Origin: Euprymna scolopes
Lineage: Eukaryota
Strand: one strand, 5' to 3'
Length of the DNA: 64,000 nt
Assembly: GCA_053919585.1 (NCBI GenBank)
Contig: CM132792.1
In this document: positions 26,801 through 38,568 of the stretch, piece after piece
Numbering within the stretch: the first letter of the stretch is position 1
How the letters are laid out: the number at the start of each line of letters is the position of its first letter
The notes under the pieces: generated by a model
Told to the model about the DNA's origin: nothing
Database searches by the model: none
The model's input: the letters and a program-made list of their open reading frames with translations, nothing else
Made by a program: the position numbers and the translations under genes

Positions 26801-29800
26801 CTACCATTATTTCGATAGCACCACTTCTTGGATAGTATCAATTTGTATTGTATGTATTTCAACATATTACAAATGATATTCATTTTTAGTTTGTTATATA
26901 CGTACTGATTTGAGGAAAATATATATATAGCTTTGTTACTTAATAATTGGTATTTCCAAATTGAAATTTATATAAAATTTGAAGCTCAGATCACCCACAC
27001 TTTTTTTTTTTTTTTTTTTGTTGGTTCCCAACAGGAGGGTGGACCTGTAAATTCACTCTCGTCTGTTTGTCTGTACGCACTTTTCTCAATAACTACACCA
27101 TGGAATTTTTGAAATTTTGCACAGACATTAAACATGATATGATAAAAATAACAAAACAGATTTTTCGGGTTGCTTTCGGGTTAAGATGGCTGAATTTGAC
27201 ACTTTTGTGTTTATTTTAAAAAAAATGACTTGGATTTTTATAAAACTTTCTGAAAAGTTGTAACTAATTTCTATATAATTTTGTTTGTCTATACTTCGCG
27301 ATAACATTTGGGTGCGCCCCAAGGGCTCTTTTAGGGCTAATAAAAACACTCCATTTTTGGGACTATTTTACCATAGTTGTCCAAAATTATTTTTGTATGT
27401 CTATTTAGCAGTTTTGCAAGGTGCTGAACTCAAATTTAAATATGTTAAGGCCTTGGGGACTTTTGGGGATAAATGGGGAGGTGGTGCAAATGATGGACTT
27501 GGTCATTCTTTTTTCTTTTATATGCCTCGTTTACTGTGCACTCACGTTATGTCAAATTTTATTTTTGAATGCCCTGAGTAATAAGCATGTGAATATCAGT
27601 ACAAAATATTTTATTGGTTTTCAAAAATTGTCACATTTAACGTAAGAAAAAAAAAAAAAATTTAAGTTAAAATAATTTTTTTATAAATTATTTAAAATTC
27701 ACAATTTCCTAACAAGTTTTAAAATTGGCAGAAATTTTGGAGACGCATGTGCGCACACGTGCAATGGAAAACTACAGTTTACTGTTGCACGTGCATGTAC
27801 ATATGTTTCCTAAAGTCTGGTTGATTTTTAATGTTAAAAACAAAACTCTAATTATGCAAATGTAAACTTAAATACATTTTATTATAATAAATTATATTTA
27901 TTAATTTTTATTATAATAAATTATGTCAAGTTTTCTACATTATTTAAAATTTTTAAGCCTCAGAAAAACTGCTAGCCATATGTGTGGGTGTGTTTACCTT
28001 TCAACCGTCAAATCTAGAGAAGAAATTTCAGCTGTGTTGGAAAATAAATACAATGCCCAGTCAAGATGTGTATAAGTAGGTTATGGGAGGAGTATAATAT
28101 ATTGCGTAACTTTTATTTATATATCCTTTTGCTAGTTGGCATTTAAAAGTGGATCTGGTAGAGTACATGTTGTTTTTTGCTTTCTTAAACGAAAACTATT
28201 GGCTTATTCATATTTCTTCTGTGTTTTTAGTTTCAGATTCCTATGAATTATTTAATATTCATTTGAGATTTTTTTTCTCCTTGTCAGGTCTTTTTTATTG
28301 ATGAAAAAGTACTTTGATATGAATTTGAAATTTATTTTTTGTTGTTTAGGTATTTAAAAAAAAAAAAAAAAAAGAAAAAGGTACTCTGTCTACATTTTTC
28401 AAAATTTGATTAAATAAAATCTAATTCCTGAAAAAATTTCTAACTGATTTTTTTTTTTTTTTATGAAAAGTACTTTGATATGAATGTGAAATTCATGTAT
28501 AAAAAAAGAAAATATAAATTTTTCAAAATTTGATTAAATAAAATCTAATTCTTGCAAAAATTTCTAACTCTGACTTAGCCATTGTTTTCAATATTTTGTG
28601 TAAATGCAGCTTTCCTATTTAAATTGAGGTTGAGTGTCATCTCAATTAGACTGATTTTTGATGAGTAAAGTCTATTAAGCCTTTATATACGCCACAATCA
28701 TGTTGGCACAATCATGTTGGCACACCGGTTCTCACCAGATCACCGAAGTTAAGCAACGTTCAGCTTGGCCAGTACCAGATGAGTGAACATTTGGGAAGGC
28801 GAGGCGTTGTATGTACCACAAGGTAAAACATCAGGTTGAGAAACTGGCACGGTCTATCTTTCTCTTGAGGATAGATGGGGCTCTCTTAAACGGTGGTAGG
28901 CACCCCATCTAGTGATGGCGTCATGATAAAAAAATACCCTTGATAGCCCTGGCAAAGCATCATGTATTCAGCTACCAACAAGAGTTGAATTACACTACAA
29001 ACTCGTTTAGTGAGTTCAATCTCGGCTGGATGGATGGAAAGTCTTTTTCTTTGACAATTTAATTTTTGTTTTTCTTAATATATTAACTTCAGGTTAGTTG
29101 TACAAAGATCAGTTTAATTTCTTTTTTATAATAGACAGCTCCATATTTAAAGAAAATATTTCTTTTTAACATGCTTGCATGTTTCTCTAGAAGCCTATTT
29201 CAGTTTGTCAATTACATTTGGATTGCTAAACAAGCAGATTGAATGAACATTCTCCACTCAATAATAAAGACCACTGTGTACTTCTATCTCTTCATGTAAA
29301 ACATGTGCCCGTTCCTGGATGAAACCATTTCAAGTGGTGAAAGGAAGTGTGACAGCAAGTCAATCACCTCAGATTTATATGCCTATAAGATTAATTTGGA
29401 AAAAAAATCCTTCATTATAATAAAAGCCAATGTTTTCTTTTTTATATTAAAAATAATTTTTTGAAATCAGAAATTATAATTTATATATGAAAAATTAAAT
29501 TACTGACAAGTCTATGATTTTTAAGCGAATATTTTAGTAATACATATTTAGATGAACAGCATGTGAGAACACTGGCAAAGCATATTTTTGGTTGTAGTAT
29601 GTTAAGAATGTCCATGTTTATAAATAACTAATTTGTATATTACTATTTCTATAACTATCCCCATTTCCTTGTAAACTGATGCCTCCTTCAATTATTCATT
29701 AAAGTTTGAACTGGGCCTTGCACGTATCAATGAATTATGCTTAAAAGTATTATGCATACCTTTCTCGTGATCTTCAAATGGATATTTGTGTGAATGCAAT

Positions 29801-32800
29801 ACCTTAAAAGGATAATTTTCCATAGATACAGTTTTTATCAGAACTCTTGAATCACTAAGTCAAAATTCTCAACTCTTGGCATTTCAACAGAACAGATGCT
29901 GACCAAAAAAAAAAAGTGTCTTTCACTAGTTGTTTAATTAAATTGGTCACACTTTCAAAGTAAATTTCTAAATAGCAACATATCTGACAAATGCCACCAT
30001 CTGTTCGCGTTGCTAGATACCATCCCTCAAACAAACCCTTCTTTCGAAATGTCTTCGATGGTTTGGTTACTCTTCACCGGCAACCAGATGACCTCATCCA
30101 TGCCACCATCAACTCAGCCCCATTGCAGAAACGATGTAGTGGTCAGTTGAAAATCTGGCTTGGCACGGTAAAGCAAGATGCCGATCTGATTCTGTGTTCT
30201 CGCCTCTATGGAGTGTGCTGCTGAAACCGCGAATGGCTGGACCTGATATCAACTACAGCTTCAAACTGAAATGCCTAAGTGGAGTCTATACGAAACGCAG
30301 GAAATTCAGTTGGAGAAGCCTGCTCAACCGACCCATGGTGACCGCTTACACAACAAAAACAATATCTGACAAACTTGGCATCTGACAACAAACAATGTCT
30401 GATAATCTTAATAAGCTTATGACAACAGCATATTCTTTTCATTGTTTTGACTCTAGTATATATCCGATACAGGTAGACACAATCAACCAAGAACCACATC
30501 ACTCTATATATAAAAACATAAGATATCAATGGATATATACCTGAGAAAACAAGGAAAAGAATATGCTCTTGCCCTAATGACCTAAAAATCTGCTTCATAT
30601 TTTTTTTTATTTATTTAAAAAAAGATTTTTTTTAAAACGAACATCGTCAAGATTTCATTGAACTTTGACCAATTTAAAAAATAAAAACATCAGGAGATAC
30701 ACGAAAATCAACTCCTTTTATTACTCAGAGATGCGACTAAAAGAGGTTGAAATTGAGCTGAACTTTCCAGTGAGGGAAGAGCGCAGCCCCTTGTGTGTGT
30801 GTGGAGAAAACTTCAAAATTCATCAGAGAAAACAAATTTGTTGTTTACTACCCATATATTTATATAAGCTATTTCTTTCTTAATTCAGAAATAAAATAAA
30901 AAGCTATCTTATCCAATTTCAAGATAGCAAAAGTTGAAATTTTGCTGAATCAGCATTTTCTATGATCAGCCATTAGTATTTTCAAACGATCTAAGTCATT
31001 AGTGTCCTAGGTTTTCAAAGAACACTTAAGGTGTAGCTATTCATTTGTGTACCAGTGTAAAGAGAGAATACTCACAAAAATTCATGAAAATTTTAAGGTT
31101 CCTAGTGTTTTCAATTCTGAAATCATCGAAATACGGTAAAATAATTTGGATCTTATTAGAATGCGTGGAGTAAAAGTGGATCATGCAACTTATTATAGCT
31201 CGTACTAAAATTGATTGCGTTAAATACTAGTTCTGTTCTAGGTGATTGAATAGCGATTCCCCTCTTCTTTATCTTAAGCTGCCCCCCTTTGTATCATGTG
31301 AAATCCTGTGTGTAAATTTACATGCAGCTCAGTAAGTTACAGTCAAAAGCAGGGAGAGATCCGTAGCAGTAGGTCTGTGCCAGTGCTCAACATCGTGATT
31401 CAGTTTTATTCACTGTCACCGTCACTTTTCTTTTACGTTCTTGCCTTTTTATAAATTTATATTTTTGTTATCGGTTCCTCTGAAAATGATTTAAAAACAT
31501 ATTGAAAGCGTTAGGGAGCTTCAAATTTTCATTAGATTTACGTTGGTATTTTTTTTTATGTTTCGATAACATCTAATTCTTGGGCAATGAAAAGTTACAC
31601 TAAAGACCAGGACGCTAATGACAGGTCACTTTTTCAAACATTGATCACTTACAAACCTTATGGCTTTGTACACTGCGCAAAAATGGATGAAATTTGTCAC
31701 CATTATACATCTTTAGTCAATGAATTCAAACCCCTAACAAGGTATATTGTCATTTGGACATAAGGCACTACTACTTGAGATCATGTTTACAGGGAACTAT
31801 TAATATGTAAGTAGTTGAGCGAAATGACTGTTCACATAGCGTTTAAATTTTTGCATATTACTGCAGTTTGGGAAACGGGGAATTTTGGAGGAAATTCCTA
31901 AGTCTAGAAGTCTGAGGAAAAAAATATTAACAGTAGAGAGCTTTCTGGCATCTGAGGACCTCTACAATGAAGGGGTGTGATTTTTCTGTTTGATTAGTGT
32001 TGAGATCAAACAAAAATATAATGCAAAGGGGAGTAACTCTATACTTTGGGCAAAGTCACCTCCCTTTGTCCATAGTCCTAAACTTGAATTTCTCGCGAGA
32101 TGAATGACCGGAAGTGGGCAGTGTAGGGAAACCAGAGTGGATTTGAAAATGGCGAGATGGACATCATTGCCGTTCATCCATTTATCATATTTGGACTTCT
32201 AACTTTCGTCTATTATGTTTGGATTGTAGTTATGTGTCTGTGTGTGTGTGTATGTCTCTTAATAAAACGTATATTGTTATGTAACACTGAAAGGTTTCCT
32301 TATTTGTTCGTGTTGCGTCTCTTTCCTTATAAGCTGTTACATACCCAACGTGAAGGCTGGACTCCCTGTGGTAAGATATTTTATGCTATATTGATCTAAC
32401 GCATCCCACGATATAACAATTAGTTTGGGAGTATGTACGTCTAAAGGGCACAAGTGTTCTGAGTTCATCAGAGCACATTTCATTAAAGTACTTGTAAAAC
32501 AACTACAGGGATCCAACGTTGTAACGATGGGATGGATTGAAACTTAGTTGATAGCGTGTGACCTATTATATTGCAGACTTTTTACTTTGTCTAAGAGAGA
32601 GAAACTAATGTTAGATACTCCATGCATGGGCGAATGGTGGCTATGTAGAGATACAAGATACTCTCTGGTATTGGTAATCTCTTAGCATTGTAGAGGATGC
32701 TCACCTTCTTTGCAGCAGCTTTGGCAATGTCCTCAATGTATTTGTTCTAATTAATGTTAGCTGTAAATGTTAAGCTGAGAAATTTAAATGAACTCTCAGA

Positions 32801-35800
32801 TAGGATGTGAATAGTCATGACAATCCATGCTTGAGAAGGATTCTTATAATTATTAAAAGAAAGAAGCTTAATCTTAGTAGCATTAAATGTTATCATGCAT
32901 TTACGCCCCATTCGACTACATCAGCAAATATACCCGTTTCTAACACAATTTCATTCAGGAGGTCATTTATGGATATTCGGAATAAAGATTGATCTCTGAA
33001 GCACTCCTGAATTAATATAATATTTGGATTACGTTCATTAAAACAACCTGGGTGTTTTCTTGTCTCAGAAGCATCTGATCATATTTAGCATTCGTCCAGT
33101 AATATTGTATTAAAATTACAGAAAGATATCCTCAAAAATGAATCTATTTAAGTTCAAAATCCTTCAGTGACCTTTTGGACACCCTGTATACATAATGTTG
33201 GCTTGAATGAGTAAGGCTTTGATTTATTAAAAAATCCAAAACCGCTAACTTAATACGTAAAACTAAAAACTAGTGATACCATATGTCTTCAAATGTCTAA
33301 TGGGAAAATATATTACGGGTCACTTGTCCTCCTCCTCCTCACAGCTCGATTTACAACATCTAATAGCACATGGCATCCTCAAAAAATGATTTTAGCAATA
33401 AATTGATAAAAATACACTACCATCCTTGCTGTCTCAAATTGCAATCTGCACCCTCGTCCCCCCATTGTCAAAACTTTACTCATATTAGCAAACAATTTTA
33501 CCCTCAACCAAGTTTGATAAAAGGAAAGTGTATACTAAAATGATTTTGAAAGCATTTTAATTGATTTTTTTTTTTTTTTTTTTTAAATTCCCAGCCAATA
33601 ATAATGCAATTGTTACTAATTGCAATTTTTTTTTTTAATGACTTAAAGTTTTGGAAGTGCATTTAAATGACATTAGTTTCATCTATAATAGAAATCTCAC
33701 CTGTCTGTTTAAATGTGTGTTTGTATGTTTGCCTAAAACTTTCAACATAAGCGATGGATTTTCACGATCAGTATCATTTTGAAGCTCAACCCTTCGTACG
33801 ACAAATATCAAAAAATTGGCCAAAAAACATTAATTCCTTCACCCCTGAACTGGGCACTTTCCTACAGGGAGCGGGTAACAAAAATTTATTCATTTATTGA
33901 TTGTTCCTTTGAAAATTTAGCCAAACACGCTTGTGGCAAAAGATTTTTCTTGAATTAGTTTAAATATAAAAAAAAAAAAACGACTTAACTTTCCTCATGC
34001 GATCATAGACCAGTTGTTATAGTGGCAGCGTTATCTTAAGATTGCATGTTCGAACCAAGATATCAGATAAATTTTTGTTTTCAATTTTTAAAGTTTTAAT
34101 ATTGAAACGGGGTTATGCCATTTTTTTTTCGTTCATTTTTTTCCAGTTTTTCCATCACGTTTGCTGCTTTTCTTTTTGTTCCGATTTTTCTTTCTTTCTT
34201 TTTTTTTTTTTAAAAGAAGTTTTAACATTTAAACAGTTATTTATGCCATTTCTTTTTTTGTTCACTTATTTATTTTGCATCACATTTGCTATTTTTTTTT
34301 TTTTTCTGATTAAAAACAAAAAAGTTATATTTAACCAGGGATTATGTCCACTTATTCTTTGTTTTCCATTTTGTTTTGATTTACCCCCCCCCCCCCACCT
34401 CACCACACTCGGGCAATGCCGGGTATCCCCACTAGTTTTAACCATAAACAAATAGAGGCATATTTAACTATAAACAAATAATAGAGGCATATTTCACTGT
34501 TAATAAATATTATGCACTAAAGGTTATATATACAAAGTATTCAATCAATAAATGGATAACTAAAACAAATTTTTTTAAAGGATTTTTGAGATGAGGATTT
34601 TGATTACTTGGCCTACTGTTCTTGTCTTTAAGGTTATTCTCAACATTTTGTCCGCTGTAACATCACTTTTCAAACGTGTCTTGAACTGAGGAGTCCGTAA
34701 TGACCCGTGGTGCAACAGATATAAATGCTAATAATCAATTTTAAGTAACCTGGTGGTCGGATGTTCAGTTCTCGTAATTACGAATTGACTTCTGCATGAT
34801 GGAACGAGAACAAGCTAGTCCGTGGATTAAAGGATTTGGTTTAAAGTCCTAAAAGATGCCCAAGTGCAACAAGATGTACCTGAAGAAGGTCAGAGGTTAC
34901 ATCAACTGAAACGTTGTGAATAACGATGGAAGATAAGAACAGTAGTCCGAATAATTCAAATAATAATTTTAACTTTGATTCCCCCCCCCTCCCCCAAAGC
35001 AGCTTACTTAAAAAAAAACAAAAAAACTTTTTAGTGTGTATTTAAATTAAATCCACTAGAATGTATTCCTGTTTGTGGTAGAATGTTTCAAAAAGATTTG
35101 CTTTAAAATAAAAGGCAACAAATGTGAGGGTGGGGATGTCTAAAAAGCCAGTTTTAACAATAATTTATGATAGTATTTCTTATTTTGGTTTATTTCAATA
35201 CATATGTACAATGACCTTTTTAACTAAAGCCAAATCATTTTAAATGCACTCAAAACTTATTTTTCTCCAAGGGTGCTTATATTTTCTATGCAAGGATTTT
35301 CGTTTTAAAATTGCTGCTTTGAAGAGGGGGGGGGAATTATCAACTCGCTTTGTTATTAGAATATCAAATTTACATTCTTCATTAATTTGTATAGGTAGAA
35401 AGCATTTTATGTGCATGCTAAATTTAGCAGGTGAATCTTTAGATTTAAAAATGTTTTTTAAATTAGTGACATTTGTTTCAAGAAAAGCAAGTAAAATAGT
35501 TTTATTTAATAGTTTTTGCAAGTAAAATGTTACTGTATTTCTGAATTTTTATTTTCGTGTCTTAAAACTCCGAATAATTTTGATTGATCTGATAAAAAAA
35601 AAAATCACTCTTTATTTTTACTGGAGCTAAAAGTGTTTTCAAATTTATATCAAAGTATATGGCGGCTAAACATGCACTCATTAATTAAAAATTATGCAAA
35701 ATGCAACAGCAAAAATGACTTTCAAAATCTTTTTATTCTAAAAAATATTAAGAACTTTCAAGTTGTAAGTCAGTCATTTAAGCTGGCATGAGCTGATCAT

Positions 35801-38529
35801 GTTATCATTTTTCTCTCTCTTTTTTTTCCTCTCAATAACTTAACCTACTCGAACCAAACTTCAGTTGTGGCTATTGTCACAATTGACTGGCCAATTTTAG
35901 TAAGACAACTGTATATTTTTTTTTCTTTTTTTTTTTTTTTTCAAAATGTTGTGACATTGTGGTTGATTGCCTCAACTGCCTACCCCCTTCCCATCTTACA
36001 AATGATATTTGAGACGTTGAAAGATTATGTAATGCATCTATTTACAGCTAGAAAATGATATCAACATTTTTACACCCCCCCCCCTCGCACAGAGTAAAAT
36101 AAAATGTTCTGATCCTATTTTTTTTAATTTCTTTTCAGCAGTGATTTATTGAATTTGCTTGAAGAAATTGATTGTCCTCAGCCAAAAGTAAGTTTCTCTT
36201 TTAAATCATGTTAAACCATTTTGATTAAACAATTCAATAGATGCACTATAGAACTCTGAATTTGGCTGTAAAAATTGTTCTGTAATCAACCATTAGAATA
36301 CATGCATTCTTTCTGCTAATGCATATGTGGTTCTCACCAGCGACTATTTAATTGGTGCAGGTCACAAGGAATGCCCTAGGACATATTGTTATTAGGGCTA
36401 TGATAGAGAATATTCTTTTCGTTATTTTGACTCTCGAGTATATATCAGTTAGTCTATGTTTTTAGATAGTGATGTGGTTCTTGATTGATTAAATGTGTCT
36501 AATTGTGTCGGATATATACTCGAGTGTCAAAAAATAATATTCTCTTGTCATAGCCCTAGTTGTTATCCTACAAAGTCACTGACTGAAGACTGAAAACAAA
36601 GTGCAGTAACCAGAACAGACCCTACATCTTGCTCTTAGCTGCAAAGTTGCTCCTGATATTACATTCTGGATTACCTCCCCTATCGTTAAAAATGAGATTT
36701 ATGGTCACTTGATGTAAAGTAGCAACAATCTAGTTTTCCTGAATATCCTTTAAACAGTTGATAAAACGTTTTACTATGTTTTCAATACTGGCTTGTCTTG
36801 AAAAATGTAATGTTTCTCTATATTTTTCATACAACAGGTACACCAATAATATAAGTATATATCTATATATTAATATAACGTGTTATTTTGTATGACACGC
36901 TTACATCTTTTTTCTTCTGAGTGACTGTCGTCTAATTGTTATGACCTTCCATTTCTTGTAATAAATAATTTTACCAAGAAGCGTATTTTATGACTGGCCT
37001 ACGCCGTGTGTCTCTGCTAGCTTAGATAAATGTTTTGGCAACTTTAACAAAAGAGATACAATAATATTAAGGCATTGCTGAATATTCACAGAATGCCAAC
37101 ATCAATAATTCACATATGAAGGAGTCCGCTGTGGAATTTCCACAGGTCCCACTAGTTATTATAATATTAATTTTTACATGTTTGCTTTACTCTGTTAAAT
37201 CAAGGTGTTTTATCACATTTGGTTCAAAATCTGTTTTCCATGTTGGCATGCAACCATTCAACTGTATCATTTGATTAATATAACATGACATTCAATATGA
37301 AGGCTGGAGCCGTGAAAATTTCTTACCTGTTCTAAATTCTAAACGATTTTTTTTTTAATTAAAAATTTTTTTTTTTATATAAACCATTTTATATTAAATG
37401 GTGTAAATTTTCCAAGTAATTTTAAATGATGGCTTGATTTTATACCTGTTAATATGCAAGGACAATTTCTAAAAGGTGAGGTCGCCAATGATGCAATAAA
37501 AAACGTAATTTTTACAAATTTCATCTGATGTCGCTGTTGTTAAATATGAAACTCACTAAAATGGTTTTGCATGGCCTTTATGCTATGATCAAAGATCTCC
37601 ATGGAAATGCAAATATGTAAAACACCTGCGTTGTTTTATTTATATTTGAGTATCTGCATGCAAAATATGGTCATAGAAAATTCTGTGGATAGAAATTGTC
37701 TTTCTAAAAAAAAAAACAAAACAATATTTCAAATTTTTATTACGAATCAAATTTAGAGATTTTAATTGTCTATATTGTCAAAATACCGCAAAAAAAAAAA
37801 ATTAGGCTCATAAATTAAAAGCATCTGAAATTTATATTTACGGCAAAGGAAATCTGATTTTATTAACTCTGAAACTATGTTTTTTTTTTTAATATTTATT
37901 ATTTTATTTCAGAAATTGGCACTTCGAGAAATTAGTACGTCTCGATATACAGAAGAATTTTATGAAGTTTCTAAACTTGGCGATGGGGAGTTTGGAAGTG
38001 CTTACAAATGTGTGAACAGATTGGATGGCTGTGTTTATGCAATAAAGAAGTCTAAAATGCCAATTGCTGGTAGTCAATATGAGTAAGTTTTTTAATAATC
38101 TGCTGCCAAGGGAGGTAATTAAACTCTGCATTCTTGCTTCCAACCATAATTTTTATTTTATTTTTTTGTTTTATCAATTTTAGAAAAAAACTCTTTCCTG
38201 TTATGGATATTTGACACAAAATCAGAACACTGATATTGTTTAAAAAAAACAAAACTGCAGCCCCTCCTTCCTGAAATTGTAAACTGATTGTAAAAATTTA
38301 CAAAATTAATGGTATTGTTGAATTTCTAGGTGTATATCAATAAAATATAGTTCAATGTTATAAGTTACATTGATGCTAGAAATATCACGCATATTAGAAA
38401 ATAGTTTGGTGCAAGTCTATAAATGGTCCACAAGTAATCTTTTTTACTATAAAAATCTGAAAAAAATCTTTAATGTATGTACTTGTCACTGCATAAGGTC
38501 ATATTCCAAAAATCACAAATCGATCAAGT

Positions 38530-38568
<39 letters not shown>

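Noticed and set aside
28687-28812. Functional 5S rRNA gene
   Set aside because: Internal duplication, many substitutions, no terminator, continues into a SINE-like body
35240-35525. Paired 93-aa ORFs on both strands
   Set aside because: No motifs, no splice context; AT-rich intronic chance ORFs
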